A stretch of 64,000 nt of DNA from Turneriella sp. GTDB taxonomy: Bacteria; Spirochaetota; Leptospiria; Turneriellales; Turneriellaceae. Made by a program: the position numbers and the translations under genes. The stretch lies in contig CBDIID010000003.1 of assembly GCA_965279515.1 (NCBI GenBank), forward strand, positions 2,592,001 through 2,656,000. The letters are read 5' to 3'. The notes under the pieces are model-generated. The model was not told the DNA's origin and did no database searches. It saw only the letters and a program-made list of their open reading frames with translations. Below are positions 48,477-58,093 of this stretch, in pieces; positions within the stretch are counted from its first letter, which is position 1; every line of letters starts with the position of its first letter.

Positions 48477-49072
48477 TGGCAACGAAAAAAAAGACGGCGC
48501 AGCCTAAAAAGAAAGCGGCCCAGCGCAGGGATGCGCAAGGGGTGGTGCGCGAAAAGAAGTCGCTTAAGGCGACGCCTGCGAAATCCAAAACAGGCGCAGT
48601 AGACGTAAAGTACGGGGGTGCTAAAGCGCATAGTATCACTCCGTTTATTATGTACAATGCGAACCCTGAAGAAGTGGCGAAGTTCTATGTGAAGATCTTC
48701 AAAAACTCGAAGATTTTACGCTCGAGCCCGATGCAGGCGGATTTCATTCTCAACGGACAAAGATTTTTCTCGTATAACGTCGGCGACCATGCCGAGTTCA
48801 AATTTACCTGGGGTGTGTCGTTCATGATCAATGTCGAGACGCAGAAAGAAGTCGATTATTACTGGAATGCGCTTACGGCTGATGGCGGCGAAGAAAGCAT
48901 GTGCGGTTGGGTGAAAGATAAGTTTGGCCTCTCTTGGCAGGTGACTCCGAACATTTTACTCCAGCTGGTCTCGCATAAAGACAAGGGAATCGCCGACCGC
49001 GCACAACAGGCAATGCTGAAAATGCGGAAGATTGATATCGCTGCACTGAAGGCAGCGGCCGGTACAAAGTAA
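48476..49072 (+). CDS. VOC/PhnB-like protein with Lys-rich N-terminal extension
   Basis: TQKEVDYYW, CGWVKDKFGLSWQV, MRKIDI. Confidence 0.9.
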   Translation: MATKKKTAQPKKKAAQRRDAQGVVREKKSLKATPAKSKTGAVDVKYGGAKAHSITPFIMYNANPEEVAKFYVKIFKNSKILRSSPMQADFILNGQRFFSYNVGDHAEFKFTWGVSFMINVETQKEVDYYWNALTADGGEESMCGWVKDKFGLSWQVTPNILLQLVSHKDKGIADRAQQAMLKMRKIDIAALKAAAGTK

Positions 49073-49082
49073 GGGAACAGAG

Positions 49083-49601
49083 ATGAGCAAAACAAATAAT
49101 CCTAATGAAGTGGTTTTCACCCGAACCTTCAATGCCCCGCGCCAGATGGTGTGGGACGCCTGGACCAGGGAAGAGCACCTGTTGCATTGGATGGGGCCCA
49201 CCGGCGCAAAAGGCCTCTACGCGAAGATGGACTTCCGTATTGGCGGGTCATATCATTATGCGATGCAATTCGGAGAATTTGAAATCTGGGGAAAGTGGGT
49301 AATCCAGGAGATCGATCCGCCTAAGAAGCTGGTAGTTATCCAAAGTTTTTCGGATAAAGACGGGGGTATTGCCACACACCCGATGGCGCCGACCTGGCCG
49401 AAGAAGATGTTTTCGACGACGACTTTCGAAGAAAAAGAAGGCAAAACCACTGTTGCCATTCATTGGCATCCGTACGAGGCGACGCAAGAAGAAATCGATA
49501 CATTCGAAGCGGCGCGACCTGGCATGGGTGAAGGCTGGGCTGGCACATTTGTTCGCCTGGATGAATATCTCGCGAAAGCGCAACGCAAGTCAGGAGAATA
49601 A
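49083..49601 (+). CDS. SRPBCC/AHSA1 domain protein
   Basis: RTFNAPR..VW.AWT, WMGP, GWAGTF..L. Confidence 0.9.
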   Translation: MSKTNNPNEVVFTRTFNAPRQMVWDAWTREEHLLHWMGPTGAKGLYAKMDFRIGGSYHYAMQFGEFEIWGKWVIQEIDPPKKLVVIQSFSDKDGGIATHPMAPTWPKKMFSTTTFEEKEGKTTVAIHWHPYEATQEEIDTFEAARPGMGEGWAGTFVRLDEYLAKAQRKSGE

Positions 49602-49603
49602 CC

Positions 49604-50368
49604 TTGGGTAAAGTTAAAGTCGCGGGCTTCAGCGTGTCGTTGGATGGTTTCGGCGCGGGTCCGAATCAAGATCTGCAAAATCCGCTGGGGGTGCGCGGCC
49701 TTGAGCTGCACGAGTGGGTTTTCAAAACGGAATTTTTCCAGAAGATGCATGGTCAGGGCCGGCCGGTCGACGCCCAGAGCGACGTCGTGTCGCGCGCCGA
49801 CCCTAAGGCATCCGTGCCCACGGCCGGACTGCGGGATACAAATAACGAGTTCGCGGAAAAAGCCGCAGCGAATGTCGGCGCCTGGATTCTTGGCCGCAAT
49901 ATGTTTGGGCCGATCCGCGGCGCATGGGTCAAGGATGACCCGAGGCCACGGCTGCCAGGGATGGCATCTTCGCCGTGGCCATGGCCGAATGACGAATGGA
50001 AGGGCTGGTGGGGAGAAAATCCGCCTTACCATGTACCGACTTTTGTGCTGACCCACCATGCGCGCGCACCGCTAAAAATGGAAGGCGACACGACATTCTA
50101 TTTCGTCACCGATGGTATCGAATCTGCATTGAAACAAGCCAAAGCCGCTGCGGGGGATAAGGACGTGCGGATCGGCGGCGGTGTCTCAACGGTACGCCAG
50201 TACCTGAAAGCGGGGCTCATCGATCAGTTGCACCTGGCGGTTGCACCGGTGGTGCTGGGCACCGGAGAGAACCTCTTTCAGGGGTTAAACCTCGACGAAA
50301 TGGGCTTCAGTGTTACCAGTTACACTCCGACGCCGACGGCGGCGCATATTATCCTGGATAAAAAATAG
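49604..50368 (+). CDS. Dihydrofolate reductase-like (RibD C-terminal) protein with two insertions
   Basis: SLDGFGAG, GRNMFGP, WWGENPPYH, IGGG. Confidence 0.9.
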   Translation: MGKVKVAGFSVSLDGFGAGPNQDLQNPLGVRGLELHEWVFKTEFFQKMHGQGRPVDAQSDVVSRADPKASVPTAGLRDTNNEFAEKAAANVGAWILGRNMFGPIRGAWVKDDPRPRLPGMASSPWPWPNDEWKGWWGENPPYHVPTFVLTHHARAPLKMEGDTTFYFVTDGIESALKQAKAAAGDKDVRIGGGVSTVRQYLKAGLIDQLHLAVAPVVLGTGENLFQGLNLDEMGFSVTSYTPTPTAAHIILDKK

Positions 50369-50378
50369 AGGAACACCA

Positions 50379-50846
50379 ATGTCAAACAACAGGGAACTAA
50401 AATTTGAGCGCATGGTCGAGGCACCGGCCCATCTCATCTGGAAATGTTGGACCGAGCCCGAACACCTGAAGCACTGGTTCACGCCCAAACCGTGGCTTAC
50501 CACAGAGTGCAAAATCGACCTGAGGGTAGGCGGCGAGTTTTTTACGATGATGAAATCACCCGAAGGCGGGGATTTCCCCAACCACGGCGTCTATCTCGAG
50601 ATCGTGCCGAATAAACGTCTCGTTTTCACCGACGCCTACACAGCCGGATGGCAACCTTCGGAGAATCCTTTCTTTACCGCAATCGTCGAATTCGCCGATG
50701 CTGGTGCGGGCAAAACGAAGTACACAGCGCATGCGCGCCACTGGACAATCGAGAATGCCAAGAAACACGAACAGATGGGCTTCCACGATGGCTGGGCGAA
50801 GGCGCTGGAGCAATTGGTAGAATACAGCAAGGGAATGAAGGTTTAA
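50379..50846 (+). CDS. SRPBCC/AHSA1 domain protein
   Basis: WFTPKPW, LVFTDAY, HEQMGFHDGW. Confidence 0.9.
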   Translation: MSNNRELKFERMVEAPAHLIWKCWTEPEHLKHWFTPKPWLTTECKIDLRVGGEFFTMMKSPEGGDFPNHGVYLEIVPNKRLVFTDAYTAGWQPSENPFFTAIVEFADAGAGKTKYTAHARHWTIENAKKHEQMGFHDGWAKALEQLVEYSKGMKV

Positions 50847-50847
50847 G

Positions 50848-51777
50848 ATGGATTTTGTAAAGTCGATCACCATCACCCGCATCTTCGACGCCCCGCGCAA
50901 GCTTGTATTCGAGGCCTGGCTCGATGAAAAACACCTGCAACAGTGGTGGATGCCGCGCGGATTTACCAACCCAACCTGCCACATCACCTCCGGTAAAATC
51001 CCCGGACGCGCAGAGACCGGGGCAAAACTTACGGTAACAACCTACCATCCCGACTTCGGCGAAATGCCGCAGAGTGGTAAATACGAAGAAGTCTCGCCGT
51101 TCGAAAAAATAATCTTCACAACGACGGCATTCCCGAACGATCAGGGCAAGCCGCAACTGCGAGGGCACAACGTCATGCTCTTCAGTGACGAAGGTGCCAA
51201 AACCAAGATCGTGATAACGGCCAGTATTCTCGAAGCCGGGCCCGGTCTCGAGGGTGCACTCGCCGGCATGGATCAGGGCTGGGCCGAAACCCTGGACCGT
51301 CTGGGCGAACATGTCGAAGATACGTCCGACCGCGAGATGAGCATTTCGCGCGTGGTCGATGCACCGCGCGATCTCGTGTGGAAAGTCTGGACCGAACCCG
51401 AACACGTCAAAGAGTGGTGGGGACCAAACGGCTTCACAAACACTATCCACAAAATGGATGTCGTGCAAGGTGGCGAATGGGTGCTCACAATGCATGGCCC
51501 CGACGGTACGGATTATCCCAATCACATTCGTTATCTCGAAATCATCAAACATGAGCGTTTGATTTACGATCACGGCCAGCCTGAGGATGGCGGCTCATTT
51601 CGCACATTTGTGACCTTCACCCAGGAAGGCGGCAAGACGCGTGTTACCATGAAAGGCGTCTTTAAAACTGTGGAGTATAAGAATATGGTCGTCGAGAAAT
51701 ACAGCGCACTCGAAGGTCAGAAACAACACTTTGCGCGCATGGAAGAGTATATCGCTAAGGTAAAAAATCATGGCTGA
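50848..51777 (+). CDS. Tandem double SRPBCC domain protein
   Basis: Two repeats of R.FDAPR.LV..W...WW.P.GFTN. Confidence 0.9.
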   Translation: MDFVKSITITRIFDAPRKLVFEAWLDEKHLQQWWMPRGFTNPTCHITSGKIPGRAETGAKLTVTTYHPDFGEMPQSGKYEEVSPFEKIIFTTTAFPNDQGKPQLRGHNVMLFSDEGAKTKIVITASILEAGPGLEGALAGMDQGWAETLDRLGEHVEDTSDREMSISRVVDAPRDLVWKVWTEPEHVKEWWGPNGFTNTIHKMDVVQGGEWVLTMHGPDGTDYPNHIRYLEIIKHERLIYDHGQPEDGGSFRTFVTFTQEGGKTRVTMKGVFKTVEYKNMVVEKYSALEGQKQHFARMEEYIAKVKNHG

Positions 51778-51868
51778 CCCGCGCATGCAACCGACGGGGG
51801 AATTACCTTTCAGCGGTGCACGCGTCATTTACGGCGGCTTTCAGACTCTCTTAGATTCAAAGAAATAA
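51770..51868 (+). pseudogene. C-terminal remnant of a DUF1428 (YbaA-like) gene
   Basis: 32 aa MADPRMQPTGELPFSGARVIYGGFQTLLDSKK; in-frame stop 3 codons upstream. Confidence 0.7.
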
Positions 51869-51880
51869 CAGGAGCAAACA

Positions 51881-52288
51881 ATGGAAAACGAAACACCTTC
51901 AAAGAAAATTCTCGGCTTAGGCTGGACCTTAAGCGGTATCGCCATCGCCTTTCTCACCTTCGACGGCGTGCTGAAATTTTTTCTGCATAAACTGCCACCC
52001 GAGGCGGTGGCCGACGCAGCGAGGCTGAACTATCCGACGAATCTTATGCCGGGTATCGGCACCACGCTGCTCATCTGCGTGTTACTTTACGCGATTCCAC
52101 GCACCGCCATTCTGGGGGCAATTCTGCTCACGGGATACCTGGGCGGCGCCGTCTCAGCACATGTGCGCATCATGAACCCATGGCCGAGCCACATCCTTTT
52201 CCCGGTCTACATCGGCATCATCGTCTGGCTGGGGTTGTATCTACGGATTCCCGCACTTAGAAACTTCGTTCCCTTAAGAAAAGTATGA
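51881..52288 (+). CDS. DoxX-like membrane protein
   Basis: IPRTAILGAILLTGYLGGAV..HVR. Confidence 0.88.
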   Translation: MENETPSKKILGLGWTLSGIAIAFLTFDGVLKFFLHKLPPEAVADAARLNYPTNLMPGIGTTLLICVLLYAIPRTAILGAILLTGYLGGAVSAHVRIMNPWPSHILFPVYIGIIVWLGLYLRIPALRNFVPLRKV

Positions 52289-52716
52289 GACTCAACAGCA
52301 TTTACCTGAACTTCGCTGGCAACGCCGAAGCGGTTTTTCTTTTTTATAAGTCTGTGTTGAAGCGCGAATTCGATTCGCTCGTGCGCTTCAAAGACATGCC
52401 GATGCCCGGCGTGACGCTTTCTGAAGCCGATGGTAACAAGATCATGAACATCGCCCTGCCGATCGGAAAGCACAGCGCGCTCATGGCATCGGACGCACTC
52501 GAATCGCTCGGGCAAAAGGTTGTGCAGGGCAACAACTTCTACATCAACCTGTCGCCCGAAACAAAACAAGATGCAGACAGCCTGTTTGCGCAGCTCTCTG
52601 CCGGCGGCGCCGTTGAAATGGCAATGGCAGACATGCCGTGGGGCGATTATTTTGGATCATTCAAGGACAAGTTCGGCATCGGCTGGATGATTAGCTTGCC
52701 GACAAAAAACGCTTAG
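52285..52716 (+). CDS. VOC/PhnB-like protein
   Basis: YLNF.GN, LMASD, WGDYFG..KDKFGI.WM. Confidence 0.9.
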   Translation: MRLNSIYLNFAGNAEAVFLFYKSVLKREFDSLVRFKDMPMPGVTLSEADGNKIMNIALPIGKHSALMASDALESLGQKVVQGNNFYINLSPETKQDADSLFAQLSAGGAVEMAMADMPWGDYFGSFKDKFGIGWMISLPTKNA

Positions 52717-52745
52717 GTTAATAAAAGTAATTAGAAGGAGAAAAA

Positions 52746-53282
52746 ATGAAAATCGTAAAAAGAATCTTAATCGGACTCGTGGTCGTCATCGCAGGTATCT
52801 TCATCATTGCGGCGACCCGACCGAACACCTATACAGTGGAGCGTTCGCTGAAAATCAACGCAGCACCGGAGAAAATTTTCCCCTATTTGATCAGCTTCAA
52901 GAAAGGTCTCGAATGGTCTGCGTGGGACCGGCAGGGAGAAGAAGTGAAACGTACATTCACCGGCCCTGAAAGCGGCATGGGTGCCGTCTATGAATTTGAA
53001 GGTAAAAAATCCGGGCATGGAAAACTTTCTTATAAAAGCATCGCGCCGAACGAAGAAGTTAAAATAGACCTGACTTTTTACAAACCTATGCAAGGTTCGA
53101 ATGATGTAACCTATTCGCTGAAAAAAGACGGCGATGCAACGCTCATGAAGTATCACATGACAGGTCCCGCGCCGATTATCGCACGCATCATATGGCTCTT
53201 TGCCGATATGGACAAATATATGGGCGATAAGTTCAACCAGAGCATGGAAAACCTGAAAAAAATCGTCGAAGAAAAAAAATAG
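52746..53282 (+). CDS. Membrane-anchored SRPBCC (polyketide cyclase-like) protein
   Basis: N-terminal TM, VERS..I.A.PE, WS.W, L..LK. Confidence 0.85.
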   Translation: MKIVKRILIGLVVVIAGIFIIAATRPNTYTVERSLKINAAPEKIFPYLISFKKGLEWSAWDRQGEEVKRTFTGPESGMGAVYEFEGKKSGHGKLSYKSIAPNEEVKIDLTFYKPMQGSNDVTYSLKKDGDATLMKYHMTGPAPIIARIIWLFADMDKYMGDKFNQSMENLKKIVEEKK

Positions 53283-53294
53283 GAAATCCGCGCC

Positions 53295-53942
53295 ATGAAG
53301 CCGACGATCACCGCTTTTGAACGTTCCCCCGATGGGGGAATGGGTCTCGCACGCGACACCCGTGTGCGCTGGGCACTCGAAGAAGTGGGGCAACAGTATG
53401 AGGTGCGCGGCGTTTCGATGGCTGCCCTCAAAGAACACGAACACCTCGCGCTGAATCCTTTCGGGTCGATACCGACTTATGAAGAAGGCGATCTGGTCTT
53501 ATTCGAGACCGGGGCTATCGTGCTTCATATCGCCGAGCGCCATGAGGGCCTGCTGCCAAAGGATGCCAATGGCCGCGCACGTGCAATCATGTGGATGTTT
53601 GCGGCTCTCAACTCGGTAGAGCCCTGGATACTGGAACTCGTCAACGCAAAACTGCTCGAAAGCGACAAGCCCTGGGCTCAGGACCGTATGCCCTTAGTCG
53701 CCGACCGCATCCGTAACCGGCTGCAAAAACTTTCATTGCATTTGGCAGATTCCGAATGGCTCGATGGCGCGTTCAGTGCAGGCGACCTGATCATGGTCTC
53801 AGTGCTGCTCCGCCTGAGAATGTCGGGCATTTTGAACGAATACGCAAATCTCGCGGCCTTCGTAGCGCGCGGCGAAGCGCGGCCCGCCTACAAGCGGGCA
53901 TTCGACGCACAGCTGGCGTATAACAAGCGCCCGCCGAGGTAA
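53295..53942 (+). CDS. Glutathione S-transferase family protein
   Basis: RWALEE, PFG.IP, FETGAI, F.AGD. Confidence 0.92.
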   Translation: MKPTITAFERSPDGGMGLARDTRVRWALEEVGQQYEVRGVSMAALKEHEHLALNPFGSIPTYEEGDLVLFETGAIVLHIAERHEGLLPKDANGRARAIMWMFAALNSVEPWILELVNAKLLESDKPWAQDRMPLVADRIRNRLQKLSLHLADSEWLDGAFSAGDLIMVSVLLRLRMSGILNEYANLAAFVARGEARPAYKRAFDAQLAYNKRPPR

Positions 53943-53971
53943 GTCATCAGGGTGGCGAACGACAAAGTAAG

Positions 53972-54463
53972 ATGACAACAACCCAAACCGACAACCCTTC
54001 TTTCGTCATCCGGCGTCTCGAGCCCGGAGAAGCCAGCCGGTTCAAGGCACTGAACCAAATGTTTTCCGGAATTTTCGGCGACGAATTCGGGGATGCTTCG
54101 TATGCCATGGCAAAGCCAACGGATGCCTATCTCGAAAGCCTGCTCCTGAAACCGCATGTAATCCCCCTTGTTGCGTTCATGGGCGACAGCGTTGCGGGCG
54201 GTCTCGTCGCCTATGTGCTCGATAAATTCGAGCAGGAGCGCAGCGAGGTCTATATCTATGATCTCGCGATGCGCGAAGAGTACCGCCGCCGCGGCATCGC
54301 CCGCAGCCTGATTCTCGAACTCAAAAAAATTGCACAAAAAATCGGGGCCTGGGTCATCTATGTTCAGGCCGATAAAGATGAAGCGGATTTACCCGCGCGG
54401 TGCCTCTATGCATCGCTGGGCGAACGTGAAGACGTATTCCATTACGATATTGCGGTGAAATAA
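53972..54463 (+). CDS. AAC(3)-I-like GNAT acetyltransferase
   Basis: AYVL.KFEQ.RSE.YIYDLA....RR.GIA, VIYVQAD, LY..LG. Confidence 0.85.
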   Translation: MTTTQTDNPSFVIRRLEPGEASRFKALNQMFSGIFGDEFGDASYAMAKPTDAYLESLLLKPHVIPLVAFMGDSVAGGLVAYVLDKFEQERSEVYIYDLAMREEYRRRGIARSLILELKKIAQKIGAWVIYVQADKDEADLPARCLYASLGEREDVFHYDIAVK

Positions 54464-55081
54464 ATGTCGAAACTTGCCACTGCAGAAAAGATTTATTTCG
54501 TCGACCGCAAAGCGCTCCGCAGCTGGTTGACGAAACACCACTCCAAATCAACAGCCTTTTGGTTGATTTACGACAAGGTGAAAGACGGCAAGCGCCACCT
54601 GACCTACGATGACATCGTTGAAGAATGCCTCTGTTTTGGTTTTATCGACAGCCAGCCGCGCAGGGTTTCGGAAACACAGGCAAGCCTGTATATCAGCCCA
54701 AGAAAGCCCAGCAGCGAATGGTCAAAACTCAACAAGAGCCGCATCGTGAGCTTAAAAAAGAAAAAATTAATGCACGCGGCGGGACTGAAGGTGATCACCG
54801 TCGCGAAAAAAAATGGTTCATGGGACAAAATCAATGCCTCTGAAAATCACGAAGAACCCCCCGACTTCACGGCCGCCCTGAAAAAAAATCCGAAGCTCCG
54901 CAAGCACTACGATGGATTAGCCCCATCAACGCGCAAAGCATTTCTGCACCGGTTGTTATCCGCCAAGACAGCGACGACGCGCGCACAGCGCATGGCATTT
55001 CTGTTACAGTTGCTTGCGGTCGAAATGCAACCGTCGGAGTTTCGTCTCGCATTCACGAAGGGAGTCATACCGAAGCGATGA
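54464..55081 (+). CDS. YdeI/OmpD-associated family protein
   Basis: LCFGFIDS, PRKP.S.WS..NK, AK...TR..R. Confidence 0.88.
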   Translation: MSKLATAEKIYFVDRKALRSWLTKHHSKSTAFWLIYDKVKDGKRHLTYDDIVEECLCFGFIDSQPRRVSETQASLYISPRKPSSEWSKLNKSRIVSLKKKKLMHAAGLKVITVAKKNGSWDKINASENHEEPPDFTAALKKNPKLRKHYDGLAPSTRKAFLHRLLSAKTATTRAQRMAFLLQLLAVEMQPSEFRLAFTKGVIPKR

Positions 55082-55365
55082 AAAAGACCTGCCCCAACGG
55101 CCATACTTTTGAGAAGTCGAGCGACTGCCCGACCTGTCCTACGTGCGAAAAAGCGAAGCAGTATAACCCGGAATTCCCCAGGCTCGGTAAACCCGCGCAC
55201 CGGGCACTGGCAAACGCCGGCATCATCAGGATCAAAGACCTGTGCCAGTGGACGGAGAAGGACCTGCTCGCACTCCATGGTGTAGGACCGTCGGCTATCC
55301 CACCGCTGAAGACTGCCCTCAAAAAAGCCGGCATCGCGTTCAAGAAGCCGGGGATAAAAAAATGA
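55078..55365 (+). CDS. Small Cys-rich plus RNAP alpha-CTD-like HhH protein
   Basis: C.NGH...KSSDCPTCPTC, PA.RAL..AGI, LHGVGP. Confidence 0.75.
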   Translation: MKKTCPNGHTFEKSSDCPTCPTCEKAKQYNPEFPRLGKPAHRALANAGIIRIKDLCQWTEKDLLALHGVGPSAIPPLKTALKKAGIAFKKPGIKK

Positions 55366-55748
55366 AGTCACTCCGGATCTTTTTTCTGATCACCGACATC
55401 GGCTTCATACTCTATTGGGTGATTACGCTGATCGGCGTGATACCGGCATCGTACCTTTTCAAAGATTATCATAACCCGATTCTGAGCGCGTGGAACTGGT
55501 CCTTCCTGCCGCTCGACCTTTTGATTTCAGCCACAGGCCTGTGGAGTCTTCGCCTCATGTCGAAGGATGAGACGCGCTGGAAAAACCTGGCTTTGCTTTC
55601 GCTTGCTCTGACATTCTGCTCCGGGCTCATGGCCGTTTCATTTTGGGCAATCCGCCGCGATTTTGACCTAACGTGGTGGCTGCCCAACCTTTACCTGTTA
55701 CTCTATCCGGTTTATTATATTGTAATACTTTCAAAGCAAAAAACCTAA
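55362..55748 (+). CDS. YvaD-like (DUF5360) membrane protein
   Basis: TDIGF..YW, WNWSF.PLD, SGL.A.SFW. Confidence 0.75.
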   Translation: MKSLRIFFLITDIGFILYWVITLIGVIPASYLFKDYHNPILSAWNWSFLPLDLLISATGLWSLRLMSKDETRWKNLALLSLALTFCSGLMAVSFWAIRRDFDLTWWLPNLYLLLYPVYYIVILSKQKT

Positions 55749-55758
55749 GGAGAAATTT

Positions 55759-56145
55759 ATGAAAGAAAGCAAAGGAAAACTCATCGCGTATTGGATCGTC
55801 ACCGCACTGGTTGCGGCAAACTATTTGTTCGCGGGCTATTCGTACATCAGCCGCAACGAACAAGTGCTCGAGGGAGCTAAGGCGCTCGGCTATCCGGTCT
55901 ACTTTTTCGTGATGCTCGGCGTCTGGAAAACACTCGGAGCCATAGCCATACTAATGCCGAAAATGCCTGTCGTCAAAGAATGGGCTTATGCGGGCATGTT
56001 TATTAACCTGATCGGCGCCTCTGTTTCGTGTGCTGTTATGGGTTTCCCGCTGCAACACGTAATCACTCCGGCAGTGATGCTGTTATTCGTGATCGCCTCG
56101 TGGGCACTGCGCCCCGCGAGCCGCCGCACGGAAAAAATGTTCTGA
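55759..56145 (+). CDS. DoxX-like membrane protein
   Basis: LGYP.YF, KEWAYAG, SWALRP.SR. Confidence 0.88.
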   Translation: MKESKGKLIAYWIVTALVAANYLFAGYSYISRNEQVLEGAKALGYPVYFFVMLGVWKTLGAIAILMPKMPVVKEWAYAGMFINLIGASVSCAVMGFPLQHVITPAVMLLFVIASWALRPASRRTEKMF

Positions 56146-56154
56146 GACCCGGCG

Positions 56155-56943
56155 ATGAAAACCGTAACTTCAAAGGACGGCACACGCATCGCTTACGATG
56201 AGAGAGGGCAGGGTCCCGCTCTCATCCTGATCGGCGGTGCGATGAGTTTTCGGAATTTTTCCGGAGCTCTGGAGCTCGCCGGCCTTTTGTCGCCGCACTT
56301 CACCGTCATTAATTATGACCGGCGGGGACGCGGCGACAGCGGCGACACAGAACCTTATGCCGTCGAACGTGAGGTTGAAGATATTGCTGCAATTATTCAG
56401 GCAGCCGGCGGCTCAGCCTACGTGTATGGCATGTCTTCAGGCGGCGCTTTGGCTCTGGTGGCGGCAAGCAAACTGCCCCAAATAAAAAAACTCGCTCTCT
56501 ACGAACCGCCGTTCGTCGGTGTCGACCCCAAGGCAAAAAAGCCACCTGCGGATTACCGGGCGCAACTGCAGCGGCTCGTCGATGCGAATGACCGCTCCGG
56601 GGCAGTGAAATTTTTTATGACGAAAATCATCGGCGCCCCGGCCTTTTTAGCCTGGATCATGCCTCTCATGCCGATCTGGAAAAACCTCAAGGCGGTCGCA
56701 CACACCCTACCTTATGACATGGCGATCATGGAGGACTTTTCATTCCCGGCAAAACTCGCGGCATCGGTGCTGGTTCCGACGCTAGTTATGGGGGGAGAAA
56801 AAAGTCCCGAATCCCTGCGCCTTGCGGTTAAGGCAACGGCCGAGGCCATGCCGAACGCAAAATCTGTTTTGCTCCCAAAACAATCCCACAATGTTTCGAT
56901 GAAAGTGCTGGCGCCAGTTATAGTACAGTACTTGAAGCCGTAA
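56155..56943 (+). CDS. Alpha/beta hydrolase
   Basis: YDRRGRG.SGD, GMSSG, YEPP. Confidence 0.9.
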   Translation: MKTVTSKDGTRIAYDERGQGPALILIGGAMSFRNFSGALELAGLLSPHFTVINYDRRGRGDSGDTEPYAVEREVEDIAAIIQAAGGSAYVYGMSSGGALALVAASKLPQIKKLALYEPPFVGVDPKAKKPPADYRAQLQRLVDANDRSGAVKFFMTKIIGAPAFLAWIMPLMPIWKNLKAVAHTLPYDMAIMEDFSFPAKLAASVLVPTLVMGGEKSPESLRLAVKATAEAMPNAKSVLLPKQSHNVSMKVLAPVIVQYLKP

Positions 56944-56952
56944 GGAGGCACT

Positions 56953-57183
56953 ATGTCATTTCAGGCTTATCTCGATAATATTAAAGAAAAAACAGGTAAA
57001 GGTCCCGCTGAGTTCAAGAAGCTCGCTGAGAAAAAGGGGTTCTTACAAAAAAGCAAGCTCAAGCCGGGAATCAAGGCAGGAGAAATCGTCGCCTGGCTCA
57101 AAGCCGAATTTGATCTGGGTCACGGACACGCAATGGCCATCTTTGCACTCTTCAAGGGTGTCAAAAAACCCGGAGATAAATGA
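56953..57183 (+). CDS. DUF4287-like small protein
   Basis: MSFQAYLDNI..KTGK, LGHGHAMA. Confidence 0.85.
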   Translation: MSFQAYLDNIKEKTGKGPAEFKKLAEKKGFLQKSKLKPGIKAGEIVAWLKAEFDLGHGHAMAIFALFKGVKKPGDK

Positions 57184-57638
57184 CCGAGCCGCGTACCGAA
57201 AGCGAGTTGCGAATCACGCGTGTCTTCGACGCCCCCCGTGAACTCGTGTTCAAAACCTGGACAAGTCCCGAGACGATGCTCGCCTGGTGGGGGCCGGCGT
57301 TTTGCCCGGCCAAGCAGGTCGATATGGACGTGCGCCCCGGCGGCCGCTGGCGTTGCTGCCTGGCCTCTGAGCCGCATGGCGGCGATCTCTGGCAGGGTGG
57401 CGTCTTCCGCAGGGTTGATCCCTACGATCTGCTCGAATTTACGTTTGTCTTCGAGGCAGAGGGCGATATGGCTGTTGAAAATGTTGTCACGATTCAGTTC
57501 TTTGACGAAGGCAACAAAACCCGCATGCAATTCTGCCAGGCGCCCTTCCCTTCGGTTGCCCAACGCGGTGCGAATAATGACGGTTGGTCGAATACGTTCG
57601 ATCGCCTTGCGGCATATTTAAAAAGAAAGGTGGATTAA
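57180..57638 (+). CDS. SRPBCC/AHSA1 domain protein
   Basis: RVFDAPRELVF, WWGP, DVRPGG. Confidence 0.9.
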   Translation: MTEPRTESELRITRVFDAPRELVFKTWTSPETMLAWWGPAFCPAKQVDMDVRPGGRWRCCLASEPHGGDLWQGGVFRRVDPYDLLEFTFVFEAEGDMAVENVVTIQFFDEGNKTRMQFCQAPFPSVAQRGANNDGWSNTFDRLAAYLKRKVD

Positions 57639-57639
57639 C

Positions 57640-58077
57640 ATGAGTGATGAGAGAACCGTTTTAAATCAGCGGGTTGTACCCTACACGCGCGAACAAATTT
57701 TCAAAGCGTGGACAGACCCCGAACTTCTCGCCGCGTGGTGGGGGCCGAAAGGTTTCACCAACACCTTTCACACCTTTGAACTGAAGCCCGGCGGCAAATG
57801 GCATTTTACCATGCATGGCCCCGACGGTAACGATTATGAAAACCTCTGCGTGTTCGAAGAGATCGTCGCACCCGAACGCGTCGTCTTAGACCACATCGAG
57901 ACCATGCACCGCTTTATGCTCAGCGGCATTTTCACTACGGTGAACAATGGTACTCACATTGAATTCCGGCAGGTATTTGCATCGGCCGACGAGTGCAATC
58001 GCATTCGCAGTTTCGTCACTGAAGCGAATGAGCAAAACCTCGACCGCCTTGAAGCGGTGTTGCAAAAAATAAAATAG
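57640..58077 (+). CDS. SRPBCC/AHSA1 domain protein
   Basis: WWGPKGFTNT, MHGPDG, NEQNLDRL. Confidence 0.9.
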   Translation: MSDERTVLNQRVVPYTREQIFKAWTDPELLAAWWGPKGFTNTFHTFELKPGGKWHFTMHGPDGNDYENLCVFEEIVAPERVVLDHIETMHRFMLSGIFTTVNNGTHIEFRQVFASADECNRIRSFVTEANEQNLDRLEAVLQKIK

Positions 58078-58093
58078 GCAAAAGGAACTTCCG

